Source: an uncultured cyanobacterium
GTDB lineage: Bacteria > Cyanobacteriota > Cyanobacteriia > Cyanobacteriales > CAWCAG01
Direction: 5' to 3'
DNA length: 64,000 nucleotides
NCBI GenBank assembly: GCA_963803805.1
Contig: CAWDOD010000002.1
Location: 320,001-384,000, forward strand
The translations under genes and the position numbers were made by a program. Positions 10,516 to 20,747 of this stretch are shown piece after piece. The stretch's first letter is position 1. Every line of letters begins with the position of its first letter. A model generated the notes under the pieces. It worked only from the letters and a program-made list of their open reading frames with translations, had not been told where the DNA came from and did no database searches.

Positions 10516-10957
10516 ACCTTAGAAATAAAAGTTTCCGATAATTTTGGCGCGATCGCCATGGTTGATTAAACCCACGAGGCTATTACTGATCTTCACCTTT
10601 AAGCTAGTTGATTGCGGAAATATTTGGAAATTGATCAACTTGGCAGGGTGCGGTTAGAAGTTATCTGCGATCGCGTAATCTTACTACTCCATCCTACTAA
10701 TTAAAAAAAATCAAGAACTACATCAAACATTAGCCGGGAAACTAATCTTTAGACTAACAAGCTGTTTCCCCAATCTACTAGTTAAAATAAAAGTAAGGAA
10801 ATATTTGATTTCTGTGTGTAGTAAAAACCAAGCCACGATATATCGAGTCGTTTTTTATTCAACCAAGTCAAAATTTGCTCCTTTATTATTAAGGCTACAC
10901 TTTTATTTAGTGCCGACTCGAATTCATGGTTTAAACAGTTTTCTTTAGTGGATTTTT

Positions 10958-11668
10958 ATGACAAGTTTAGTTCAATCACCCTACACCCACAAGCAAATTG
11001 TAGCGTGGCTGCGTGGTCTGCTAACAATAGCTTGGGCAGATGGAAATCTCGATCCAGAGGAACAACAGCTAATTAGTCAATTAGCAGAAGAAGGGTTAAC
11101 TTCTTCCCAAAAAGGAGATTTAGATTCGTTAGAGAAAATTAGTCCAGAGGAATTAGCTACAAATTTAGGTAAAGAACCTGAAACAGCAGAAAACTTTTTA
11201 AGAACAGCAGTAATGGTAGCTGTAGCTGATGGAGTTTATTCTCCTCCGGAAGCAGAACTATTAAAAAGTTTTAGCAAGGCTTTGGATATAGAAATAGAAG
11301 CGCTCAAATCTCTAGAATCAACTTTATATCAACCTGAAGCAGAAGATTCAGCAACATCAGGTGCTAGTACTTCTCCTTTGCAAAAACCTTCTGATTCAGA
11401 GCATTCTAATATTAAGGTTCTTCAGCCAGTAAAAGATTGGCTTGATGGGATGAAAGTTAATGACCCCAAGGTAGCTAAGTTTCTTTGTAAAATGATTCCT
11501 CCTCAATGTCCTTTGGAGCGAGATATTAATCTTTTTGGTCGTAAAGTTGCTCACATTCCAGCTATGTGTAAGCTTAATCCTCTTTACGAACAGTTAGTCG
11601 GACTACGTTTTCGTTCTTTGTCCTATTTAGCTGACGACTGCGGCGAAGATGTTAGTCCTTATTGCTGA
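10958..11668 (+). CDS. TerB-like plus 'Mo-dependent nitrogenase C-terminal' domain protein
   Basis: AWADG/AVADG TerB-like motifs; C-terminal IPPQCPLER...IPAMCKLNPLYEQLVGLRFRSL. Confidence 0.85.
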   Translation: MTSLVQSPYTHKQIVAWLRGLLTIAWADGNLDPEEQQLISQLAEEGLTSSQKGDLDSLEKISPEELATNLGKEPETAENFLRTAVMVAVADGVYSPPEAELLKSFSKALDIEIEALKSLESTLYQPEAEDSATSGASTSPLQKPSDSEHSNIKVLQPVKDWLDGMKVNDPKVAKFLCKMIPPQCPLERDINLFGRKVAHIPAMCKLNPLYEQLVGLRFRSLSYLADDCGEDVSPYC

Positions 11669-11866
11669 AGAATAAAGTTGCTTTTAAATAAAGTTGCTTT
11701 TAAATAGAGATGTCATTAACAACATCTCTATTTTTTGTGTTGAAGAAAATTGCTTGATGCTAAAAGAGATTTGAAAGTTTGCCAAAAGTGCATAAGTACA
11801 TTCTCTTAGAAAGTATGTATATACTATGATATGGAAAGTAAATCTAAGATATAGGGTCAAAAAAAC

Positions 11867-12046
11867 ATGGAATTTACCGCCTTAGACTTCTGGTTAATTA
11901 CTTTATTTAATACTGTTGTTTGTCTTGCATTCCCTAGACTAATTAGTTTGAATTGGCAGAATGTTTTTAGTAAGGCGGTGGAGAAGATTAGAAAGCCATA
12001 TGAACCTAAAGTAAAAGCGATGCAAGAAAGCTATACTCAAACTTAA
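11867..12046 (+). CDS. Small membrane-anchored hypothetical protein (59 aa), missed by the ORF track
   Basis: MEFTALDFWLITLFNTVVCLAFPRLISLNWQNVFSKAVEKIRKPYEPKVKAMQESYTQT; hydrophobic N-terminus; fills the gap cleanly. Confidence 0.55.
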   Translation: MEFTALDFWLITLFNTVVCLAFPRLISLNWQNVFSKAVEKIRKPYEPKVKAMQESYTQT

Positions 12047-12057
12047 TAGGTAAAAAG

Positions 12058-13152
12058 TTATTTTTTCAAAAACACCAAACCACTATATAACTGAAAAGCC
12101 GCATCCCAAGGAGTTTCTTCACGCCGAAATAATTCAATATTTGACTTAACTCGCTTCAACATTTCTGGAAATTCTAAGGCTGTTTCAGCAAAATAGGTAA
12201 AATCAGACCAGACAAGGGTGTGGGGAAGTTTTTGATTGATTAGATTCATTAAATTATTCCAACTCTTGCGTATAGTTCCTTGAGCAAGGGCTGGGCTGGT
12301 TTTACCATTAGAAGCAAAAGAAGCAAAAGAAGATCCTTGTTGAAATTCATAATGGCGATCGCTTAATCTGAAGATGGCTTGCTTTTGGGGTAAATGAAGG
12401 TCACAAAACTGAACATAATCTAAGGTTTGAGTTTTTCTTTGTAAGTTTCTTCTGGCATCGGTATCAACAACCGAATCAAATAAAGGAACCAAACCTTCTA
12501 CTCTTTTGCTTACTTCAGACCAATGGAAAGATCTGGTTTTGAGATTTCCTTGGTTATCTTTATAACAAAAGTTGGCTTCTTTTTCTAAGGATTGAAAGTA
12601 GCGAACTTGGTAAACATTGATTGTTTCAAGTGCTATTAAAGAGGTACAGAAACATTTAATGTCTGCCTTTTGTAAGCAGGAAGTATAATACTTTAATTCT
12701 CCTAAACTTCCGGTACGATAAAGCCGCCAACCTTGACTAGGTATTTGCAACCTGGCAGTATAAGCGTCCATCGCCATAATTTTCGCGAAGCTTTTAGCTG
12801 CTTCTACCTTCAAGGCAGGAATAATTGGTTCTAAAACTAGAACCCCTGGTTCTGAACCTTCTGGGGCAGCCATAGCATCAGCAATAGCTTGGTGGCGGCT
12901 TTCTTGTTCAATTTTTTGTAAGCGTCCTAAACCTTTACGGGCTTGGGTAATTATTTTCGGGTTAGTTGTTGCTTTGAGTAATTGACGATAGGTTTTCTCT
13001 GCATTAGACCAATGCTTAGTTCCTTCGTATACTAATCCTACATAAAGTTGTACCCAAGGGTTATCTGGTTGTTGTTTCCTCAAAGGAGAAAGCAATTGTG
13101 CCGCTTGGCGATAATCTTTACTTTTAATTGCTGAAGCAATTTGCTCAAACAT
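12058..13152 (-). CDS. N-terminal TPR-containing conserved protein
   Basis: TPR-like N-terminus (DYRQAAQLL...PDNPWVQLYVG); 364 aa. Confidence 0.8.
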   Translation of the reverse strand: MFEQIASAIKSKDYRQAAQLLSPLRKQQPDNPWVQLYVGLVYEGTKHWSNAEKTYRQLLKATTNPKIITQARKGLGRLQKIEQESRHQAIADAMAAPEGSEPGVLVLEPIIPALKVEAAKSFAKIMAMDAYTARLQIPSQGWRLYRTGSLGELKYYTSCLQKADIKCFCTSLIALETINVYQVRYFQSLEKEANFCYKDNQGNLKTRSFHWSEVSKRVEGLVPLFDSVVDTDARRNLQRKTQTLDYVQFCDLHLPQKQAIFRLSDRHYEFQQGSSFASFASNGKTSPALAQGTIRKSWNNLMNLINQKLPHTLVWSDFTYFAETALEFPEMLKRVKSNIELFRREETPWDAAFQLYSGLVFLKK

Positions 13153-13222
13153 GATTCAGTTATCAGTTATTAGTTAAATTCTAGCCTGTAATCAAATAAA
13201 AATAGTCTTAACTTATTAGTTA

Positions 13223-13975
13223 TTACTTATTACTTAAATTCCCTCCTTCATCCATCGCAGCAATTAAAGATAGTGCCACAATAGGGGCAGTGATAGCCCG
13301 GAGAACTCGCTTTCCTAGAGAGACAGTGATAAACCCAATATCAGTAGCTTTCTCAACTTCAGCCACAGTCCAACCCCCTTCTGGTCCTGTGGCTAAAATG
13401 ATAGCTTGCTTTTGCTTTCGTTCTTGAGTTTTAAGCAAATACTGCCCCAAATGAGGAACATTTTTACGGGCAACACAAATATATTTTTGGCTGTTGAAAT
13501 TATTATCTTTAACCCAAGAAAGGGTTGAATCAAAATTCATTGGTTCGGTAATTGTTGGTACAAGCTGACGTTCTGATTGTTCTGCTGCTTCTTGAGCAAT
13601 TTTACGCCAACGGTTTAGCTTATTTGTACTAGGTTGCAATAAAGTGCGATCGCTTATTATAGGAATCAAATTGGCAACTCCTAATTCTGTACAGCAACGG
13701 ATAATTTGCTCAAAACCTTTATTTTTAGGTAAGGCAACTAGTAAAGTGACGTTGAAGTTTAATTCTGTTTGAATAGCTAAAGATTCCAGAATTTCTGCTG
13801 TGTTTTCCTGTAGTTTAACTAGCCAGGATTTTCCTCGCCCGTCCATAACAATAAACTTTTCTCCTGGTTTTAAGCGTAGTACTCTTTTGAGATAATGTTG
13901 TTGTTCTGAGGTGAGAGTAATCTGGTTTTGTTGTTTTTGATTAGTATGAATGACTAATCTTTGTAATTGAGACAA
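13223..13975 (-). CDS. rsmE: 16S rRNA m3U1498 methyltransferase
   Basis: HYLKRVLRL, EAAEQSER, GPEGGW, SLGKRVLRAITA. Confidence 0.95.
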   Translation of the reverse strand: MSQLQRLVIHTNQKQQNQITLTSEQQHYLKRVLRLKPGEKFIVMDGRGKSWLVKLQENTAEILESLAIQTELNFNVTLLVALPKNKGFEQIIRCCTELGVANLIPIISDRTLLQPSTNKLNRWRKIAQEAAEQSERQLVPTITEPMNFDSTLSWVKDNNFNSQKYICVARKNVPHLGQYLLKTQERKQKQAIILATGPEGGWTVAEVEKATDIGFITVSLGKRVLRAITAPIVALSLIAAMDEGGNLSNK

Positions 13976-14006
13976 TGTTTTTTAAGTAGTAAGTTAGGAA
14001 TATTCT

Positions 14007-16247
14007 CTAGATGTCAGGGAAATTTCGTAAGCGCAAAGCATTTGTAACTACAGAAACAGAACTAAAAGCCATAGCTGCCCCGGCGATCGCTGGGTTAAGT
14101 AGCCAGCCGAAAAAAGGATAGAGAATACCGGCGGCGATGGGAATACCTAAGAGGTTATAAATATAAGCGAAAAAGAGATTTTGACGGATGTTTTTCATCG
14201 TTGCTTTACTTAATTTAATCGCTGTAACAATACCTTGTAAATCTCCAGAAATTAAGGTAATATCGCTAGCGGCTATAGCTACATCTGTTCCTGTACCAAT
14301 AGCAATACCTACATCAGCTTGACTTAAAGCTGGGGCATCATTGATACCATCTCCTACCATTGCCACAACTTTACCTTCTTGCTGTAAAGCTTCGATTTGA
14401 CTGGCTTTTTGGTGGGGTAAGACCTCAGCTATTACTCGCTGAATACCGGCTTCACCGGCGATCGCTTCTGCTGTAGGGCGGTTATCTCCTGTGAGCATGA
14501 TTACTTCTAAACCTAAGTTACGTAAGGCTTTTACTGTTGTTACGGTAGATGGTTTTAAAGTATCGGCGATGGCTAACAAACCTTCTACTTCCCCATCAAC
14601 AGCAATCCAAACTGTAGTTTTCGCTTCAGATTCCCAGGTTTGATTATAAGTTTGCAGGGATTTAGTATCTATTCCCAATTGCTTAAACCAATGTTGCGTA
14701 CCAATTTGCACTCTTTTCCCTGCTATAAAACCTTGTACTCCTTTACCCACAAGGGCAGTAAAGTTTTCTACTTCCGGTAAAGGTAGTTTGATTTCCTGAC
14801 TTTGGGCGTAACTAACAATCCCTTGGGCGAGGGGATGTTCAGAATTTGCTTCTACTGCGGCGACTAAGGCAAGGATTTGGATCTCGTTGCTTGCTTTGAC
14901 ACCTTTCACCGTGACAAAATCAGTAACGCTAGGTTGCCCTTGGGTGATCGTGCCGGTTTTATCTAAAACAATGGTTTGAATCTTCTGTGCTAGTTCTAAA
15001 CTATCTCCACCTTTAATCAAAACCCCATTTTCTGCCCCTTTGCCTGTACCTACCATGATGGAAGTAGGGGTTGCTAAACCTAAAGCACAAGGACAAGCAA
15101 TAATTAAAACACTCACCCCTGTAACTATAGCTAAAGTTAAATTCCCTACTACAATAAACCAAATAAGGAAGGTTGCGATCGCAATTATAATTACCCCCGG
15201 TACAAACCAACCTGTTACTTGATCAGCAAGATTTTGAATCGGGGCTTTGCTAGTTTGGGCATCTTGTACTAACTTGATAATTTGGGCTAAAACCGTCTCT
15301 TTTCCTACTCCCTGGGCGCGAAATTGAAAACTTCCTGTCTTGTTCAGAGTTGCCCCAATCACCTCATCGCCAGGCTGCTTTTCCACAGGCATTGCTTCTC
15401 CTGTCACCATCGCTTCATCTACTGTAGAAGTACCTGTAACCACCTCTCCATCCACAGGAATTTTTTCTCCTGGCCGTACCACTACCACATCTCCTACCAT
15501 CACTTCTTCTAGGGGAACATCTTCTATTTGCCCGTCTCGAACTACCCTTGCTGTCTTGACTTGCAGCCCCATCAACTTGCGGATTGCTACTGATGTTTGC
15601 GCTTTGGCACGGCTTTCTAACAATCGCCCTAAAAGGATTAAGGTAATAATAACTACCGCAGCTTCATAATAAACTTCTAGTGGCAGCCCCCTGTTAAGAA
15701 AGAATTTGGGTAATAAAGTAACCCATAAAGAGTAAAGATAAGCCGTACCAGTCCCCAAGGCTACCAAGGTGTTCATATCCGTACTACGACGTTGTAAAGC
15801 TTTGAATGCACCAATGAAAAAGCCTTTACCACACCAAAATAGTACAGGGGTAGTTAATGCTAACTGTAGCCAGAAATTGTGTAACCAAAAGGGAATAAAA
15901 GGCAGATGAATACCTGTCATAGCAGGCAGAGAACCAATTACTAAAATACTACTAACCACTGCCCCAAAGATAACTTTGTTAGTTAAATCTCTTTGTTTCT
16001 TTTGGTATTTAGATTCTTCTTCTTCCCCATACCCTGAGTCTATTTCCGCACCATAACCTACTTTGATTATGGCCTGCCGAATTGCTTCTAAATCTGTTTC
16101 TTGGGGATTGTATGCAACTTTACCTTGGGAAAGAGCAAAATTAACATTACAACTCTCTACTCCCTTAACTCTGGCAACTACTTTCTCGATACTAGCTGCA
16201 CAAGAAGCACAACTCATTCCTTGTAACCGAAAATTGGCTGTTTCCAT
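14007..16247 (-). CDS. copA: Copper-translocating P1B-ATPase (PacS/CopA type)
   Basis: GMSCASC HMA, TGE, CPC, DKTGT, SEHP, GDGIND, YN and MAFSS motifs. Confidence 0.93.
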   Translation of the reverse strand: METANFRLQGMSCASCAASIEKVVARVKGVESCNVNFALSQGKVAYNPQETDLEAIRQAIIKVGYGAEIDSGYGEEEESKYQKKQRDLTNKVIFGAVVSSILVIGSLPAMTGIHLPFIPFWLHNFWLQLALTTPVLFWCGKGFFIGAFKALQRRSTDMNTLVALGTGTAYLYSLWVTLLPKFFLNRGLPLEVYYEAAVVIITLILLGRLLESRAKAQTSVAIRKLMGLQVKTARVVRDGQIEDVPLEEVMVGDVVVVRPGEKIPVDGEVVTGTSTVDEAMVTGEAMPVEKQPGDEVIGATLNKTGSFQFRAQGVGKETVLAQIIKLVQDAQTSKAPIQNLADQVTGWFVPGVIIIAIATFLIWFIVVGNLTLAIVTGVSVLIIACPCALGLATPTSIMVGTGKGAENGVLIKGGDSLELAQKIQTIVLDKTGTITQGQPSVTDFVTVKGVKASNEIQILALVAAVEANSEHPLAQGIVSYAQSQEIKLPLPEVENFTALVGKGVQGFIAGKRVQIGTQHWFKQLGIDTKSLQTYNQTWESEAKTTVWIAVDGEVEGLLAIADTLKPSTVTTVKALRNLGLEVIMLTGDNRPTAEAIAGEAGIQRVIAEVLPHQKASQIEALQQEGKVVAMVGDGINDAPALSQADVGIAIGTGTDVAIAASDITLISGDLQGIVTAIKLSKATMKNIRQNLFFAYIYNLLGIPIAAGILYPFFGWLLNPAIAGAAMAFSSVSVVTNALRLRNFPDI

Positions 16248-16284
16248 GACTCTTTTTCTCTCTTTATCCCCTTAACCTACTTTG

Positions 16285-16316
16285 AGGTTAATGTCTCTAT
16301 TCGACTGGAGAGTCAA
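16285..16316 (-). promoter_or_regulatory. MerR/CueR-type promoter of the Cu-ATPase
   Basis: Minus strand TTGACT-N20-TAACCT with an imperfect dyad TCTCCAGTCGAATAGAGA (16294-16311) in the long spacer. Confidence 0.7.
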
Positions 16317-16728
16317 GTATTAATGATGCCGTCAGGAAACATTCAGCCGAACAATGATTAGACAAAAAGCAGTGATCGCAGTGAAATTCTCAACAATAAT
16401 TGGGTTTGAACCCCTTACAAAGAATGTTTATTTTTATGTTGACTTGGTTCTTATTTAGCAGTAATATATTTTAAGGGGAAATATATAGTTTACTTCAAAA
16501 AATTGCATCTATTTCCATTATCTAAAGTATTTTAAATTATCAAGAGAATAAATAGTAGAAATTTTAAAAAACTTAATTTTTCCCTTGACGTTAATCAAAT
16601 TAACCCAACACAGATTAAAAAACTTACCCTTCGTAGACAAAGGACGACCCAACTTTATCAGTTTGTAGGTTGCCACATCAAAGAAAAAGAAAATGGGTCG
16701 TCTCTACCGAATATTTGTTTTCTGACAA

Positions 16729-18117
16729 TTAGCGATTAGCACCAACAGGTAAATGACTATCAATTACCTGACGATACTCACTCTTTTGCTTCAATCCTTG
16801 GAGGTTAGCTAAGATTTCTTTGTCCTTGAAAAACTGGATTGTTGGTGTACCTACCACCATTGCCTTCTCAGCAATTTCTTGTTCTTCAGCAATATCAATT
16901 TCTACAAAATGGATCTTACCTTCATACTCATCTACTACCTTATCTAAAATTGGTTTCAAGGTATGACAAGGACCACAAGTAGGCGAAACATACTTCACCA
17001 TAATTAAGCGATCGCTATCGTGGAAGAGTTTCCGTAGGGCATAGCCTCCATAATGGCGAGTCTTATTCAGATCAAAAGTCTCTTCAGTATCAGCAGCAGG
17101 TTTATCGCTTTTTTCCTCAGTTTTAGGTTGTTCTGCCTCTAAATCCTGATGATACTCCTGAACTAAATTATTTGCCGACAACCATCTTTCTGCTGCCATT
17201 GCCGCCATACAACCTGTACCCGCAGCAGTAATAGCTTGGCGATATTCATGATCTTGGACATCTCCAGCCGCATAAACCCCTTCCACACTGGTTTCTACAG
17301 TACCAGCCTTAACTTTAATATAACCCACTTCATCTAAATCTAACTGTCCTTTGAACAAGGAAGTATTAGGGGTATGTCCAATGGCATAAAACAAGCCACC
17401 GACTTTTAATTTTCCTTCTTCCCCTGTCTTGGTATTGCGGGTTTTAATTCCTTCCAAGCGATTATCCGTACCAAAAACGTCCACAGGTTCAGTATGCCAA
17501 TGTACAGTAATTTTGGGATTATTCAAAACCCGATCCTGCATAGTTTTGCTAGCCCGCATCTGTTCACCTCGCACTAACATATGAACGCGATCGCCATATT
17601 TAGTTAAATAAACTGACTCTTCGGCAGCAGAATCGCCACCACCAACTACAGCCAACTCTGCCCCCCGAAAAATAGGTGTTGCACCATCACAGATAGCACA
17701 AGCAGAGATGCCATGACTCCAAAAAGTTGCTTCACTAGGTAAGCCTAAACGTTTTGCCGTTGCCCCAGTTGCGATCGCAATACTATGGGCTTTTACCTCT
17801 CTTTCTTGGGAACGAATTGTAAAAGGACGTTGCGAAAAATCTACATAAGTTACATCTTCGGTATAACATTCAGTCCCCCAACGCACCGCCTGTGCCTTCA
17901 TACGATCCATCAATTGTGGCCCCGTAATGCCTTCGGGGAAGCCAGGGAAGTTCTCAACTTCTGTCGTTGTCATCAACTGTCCCCCTGGTATACCCCCAGC
18001 TTGGTAGCCTGTGAACATCAAAGGTTTAAGGTTAGCCCTAGCAGCGTAGATAGCAGCAGTATAACCTGCGGGACCAGAACCAATAATTACTAAATTCTCA
18101 ACTTTGGGGTTTGCCAT
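16729..18117 (-). CDS. trxB: NADPH-thioredoxin reductase C (TrxR-Trx fusion, NTRC)
   Basis: [12 protein letters not shown] reductase motif, C-terminal thioredoxin CGPC. Confidence 0.95.
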   Translation of the reverse strand: MANPKVENLVIIGSGPAGYTAAIYAARANLKPLMFTGYQAGGIPGGQLMTTTEVENFPGFPEGITGPQLMDRMKAQAVRWGTECYTEDVTYVDFSQRPFTIRSQEREVKAHSIAIATGATAKRLGLPSEATFWSHGISACAICDGATPIFRGAELAVVGGGDSAAEESVYLTKYGDRVHMLVRGEQMRASKTMQDRVLNNPKITVHWHTEPVDVFGTDNRLEGIKTRNTKTGEEGKLKVGGLFYAIGHTPNTSLFKGQLDLDEVGYIKVKAGTVETSVEGVYAAGDVQDHEYRQAITAAGTGCMAAMAAERWLSANNLVQEYHQDLEAEQPKTEEKSDKPAADTEETFDLNKTRHYGGYALRKLFHDSDRLIMVKYVSPTCGPCHTLKPILDKVVDEYEGKIHFVEIDIAEEQEIAEKAMVVGTPTIQFFKDKEILANLQGLKQKSEYRQVIDSHLPVGANR

Positions 18118-18580
18118 AATTTTATATACAACTCATAACGACTTCGTTTAATTTAGTATAGCAGATTTTGATACATGATTCTCTAGTGAAGAGGGGGTAA
18201 CTGGGTGACGAGGAGAAAACAATTAGCAATAATTGACTTTAGTTAAGTTAGTTAAGTCTGATGAATTGCGATCGCGCGTATTTCTTTCTCTGAAGCAAGA
18301 TTTATGTTATAATAGTCTCATCAGATAAAATTCAATTTCAACAAAAAAATATTTTGTCGGAGCGGGGTTGGGAGCTTTCTTCTAGATATATAAAGGAGGC
18401 AAGTATTTAACCTGCAAGGTTTTTCTGTAAAAACAGTTTGCATTCGTTCTCAACTGGTGAGTTGTAATCGCGATCACGCAAGAGTTCTGATGTAAGAGAA
18501 TCGCCTAATTATGTCAAGCTGTGTGTTTATCTGCTTAAAAAGGGAATAATCAGCGTCGCAGGTATAATGAAACTCCCTTT

Positions 18581-19912
18581 ATGAACGATAAAACCTCAGA
18601 AGCCCACGAAAAAATCCGCCAGCAATTTGATGATGTTGTCTATCCCAACATACCTCTAGAAAAGTCAGCTAAAAATTCTCCTGCATCCTTATATATTCAT
18701 AACTTAGTTACGCCTTACTACATCAGAAACAAAAAAGTAATTAATACAGAAGGTAAAATTATTCTTGATGCTGGCTGTGGTAGCGGTTACACCAGCTTAG
18801 TTTTAGCAGAAGCTAATCCAGGAGCAAAAATTGTTGGTATTGATCTTTCTCCTAAATCAATTGAACGTTCCCAAGAAAGATTAAAGCATCATGGTATAGA
18901 AAACTTTGAGTTTCATGTTCTTTCCATAGAAGATTTACGCCAGCTTGGTTTAAAGTTTGACTACATCAACTGCGATGAAGTTCTTTACCTATTACCAGAT
19001 CCTTTAGCTTGTTTAAAATTGCTCAAGTCAGTTCTCAAGCCTGAAGGAATCATCCGAGGCAACTTTCATAGTTCTTTACAGCGGACTAACTTCTATCGCG
19101 CTCAAGAAATGTTTAAGATGATGGGTTTGATGAATGAAAATCCTGGTGAGTTCGAAATGGGGATAGTACAACGAGATCATGAATGCTCTAAAAGATGGAG
19201 TCATATTAAAAGAGCGGACTTGGGATCACAAAAAGACAGAAGATGAAGAGTATTACTTAATGAATTACTTACTTTTGGAAGACAAGGGCTTTACTATTCC
19301 AGAGGTATTTTCTCTGTTTCGAGGTGCTGAATTAGAATTTATCAGCATGGTAAATTGGTGGCAATGGGATTTGATGAGTTTGTTTAAGGAGCCAGACAAT
19401 TTACCAGCCTTTCTTGGTATGAGCTTACCAGATACTTCGCCAGAGGAGCAGTTGGGGTTATTTGAATTGTTCCATCCTATCCATCGCTTACTAGATTTTT
19501 GGTTTTGCCATGCACAACAAGCTACAACTTCCCTACCTGTTGATGAGTGGGATGATTCTCATTGGCAAAAAGCTATAGTCCATTTCCATCCCCAACTGGT
19601 GACAGCAGCTGTTGAAGCAGGGATGAAAAGTAGCGTCGCACAATTCAGACCATTTGTCATCAATCAGCATTTGCCCATTACTGGTAGAATCTTGTTTCAT
19701 TGATAGCACAATTACTGCCTGTCTTTTACCCTTACTGCAATCAGCCCAGAGTATGGAGGCTTTAGTAGCAAGATACCGCAGGTTACGTCCTACCAATCCT
19801 TTAACTTTAGAATCCAGTTACTGAAGAGGATGCAGGGAAAATATTACGACAAGCACTAACCAAGCTAGAAATAGAAGGCTATTTGTTTCTTGAGTCTGAT
19901 ATTTCGACTTGA
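18581..19912 (+). CDS. Class I SAM methyltransferase (~440 aa) split by about 3 frameshifts (~19170, ~19685, ~19812)
   Basis: ILDAGCGSG motif; ORFs 18581-19246 and 19179-19703 overlap in tandem; reading continues (FIDSTITACLLPLL...EGYLFLE) to TGA at 19912. Confidence 0.75.
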
Positions 19913-19993
19913 GATGATATCAAAGATTGGCTAAATGGGTAAGTTACATCCAGAAGAAACACAATACTGCCCGCCTTAAAGGAAAGAACATTT

Positions 19994-20578
19994 ATGAAGA
20001 GCGATTTAAAGGTTAAATATCTTCAATACCTAAACAACAAAAAAGCTGATGCAGGTTTTACCCTCATTGAGCTACTGGTTGTAATTATTATTATCGGTAT
20101 TCTTTCTGCTATTGCTTTACCTGCATTCTTAAACCAAGCCAACAAAGCTAGAGCATCAGAAGCCAAAACTAACGTTGGTTCTATTAACCGAGCGCAGCAA
20201 GCTTACATCTTGGAAAGTCCGAAATTTGTCACACTCCAAGCTAATTTTGGTGATTTAGGACTTGGTATTCAAACTCAAACAGAAAACTTTACTTATAAGA
20301 TTGCCGCAATGACAGGTGGGGTTACTGCCAAAGCTCAGCCCACGACTCCTGCTACTGATACTGCTGTTCTCAAAGGATATGTAGGTGCAACAGTCGTAGG
20401 AACTACAGCGGGGGGGGGTACTGGTGAAGCAACGACCCTAGCGCAGTTGTGTGAAACAAAAGACCCTGTAAATGCTACTAATGCTGCTGCTGCTATGGTT
20501 GATCCTACACTTGTGGGTACTCCCCCCGCAGTAACTGGGATTACTTGTAATGCAGCCAATCAAAAAGCCATTAAGTAA
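19994..20578 (+). CDS. Type IV pilin-like protein (cyanobacterial pilin G/H type)
   Basis: Class III signal peptide AG|FTLIELLVVIIIIGILSAIALP, then EAK...INRAQQAY; Thr/Ala-rich C-terminus with two Cys. Confidence 0.92.
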   Translation: MKSDLKVKYLQYLNNKKADAGFTLIELLVVIIIIGILSAIALPAFLNQANKARASEAKTNVGSINRAQQAYILESPKFVTLQANFGDLGLGIQTQTENFTYKIAAMTGGVTAKAQPTTPATDTAVLKGYVGATVVGTTAGGGTGEATTLAQLCETKDPVNATNAAAAMVDPTLVGTPPAVTGITCNAANQKAIK

Positions 20579-20682
20579 AACACTAGTTTTCTTGATTAGT
20601 TAGTTGACTTTTTGTTATTAAGATGGCAAGACTTATGGCATTTGGTACTTAAGCTTAGTCTTATCTTTGTGAGTCAAGTTGA

Positions 20683-20714
20683 TGAGGTGGGTAAATCGAA
20701 ATTTACCCACCTCA
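20683..20714. terminator. Strong stem-loop between the pilin and the glycosyltransferase
   Basis: Perfect 14-bp stem TGAGGTGGGTAAAT-CGAA-ATTTACCCACCTCA. Confidence 0.7.
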
Positions 20715-20747
20715 GTTTGTGGTTGTTATAAGTAAGTTTTTGAGTTG

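Noticed and set aside
10958-11668. Nitrogen-fixation gene
   Set aside because: The domain name is historical; there are no nif genes or nitrogenase motifs here.
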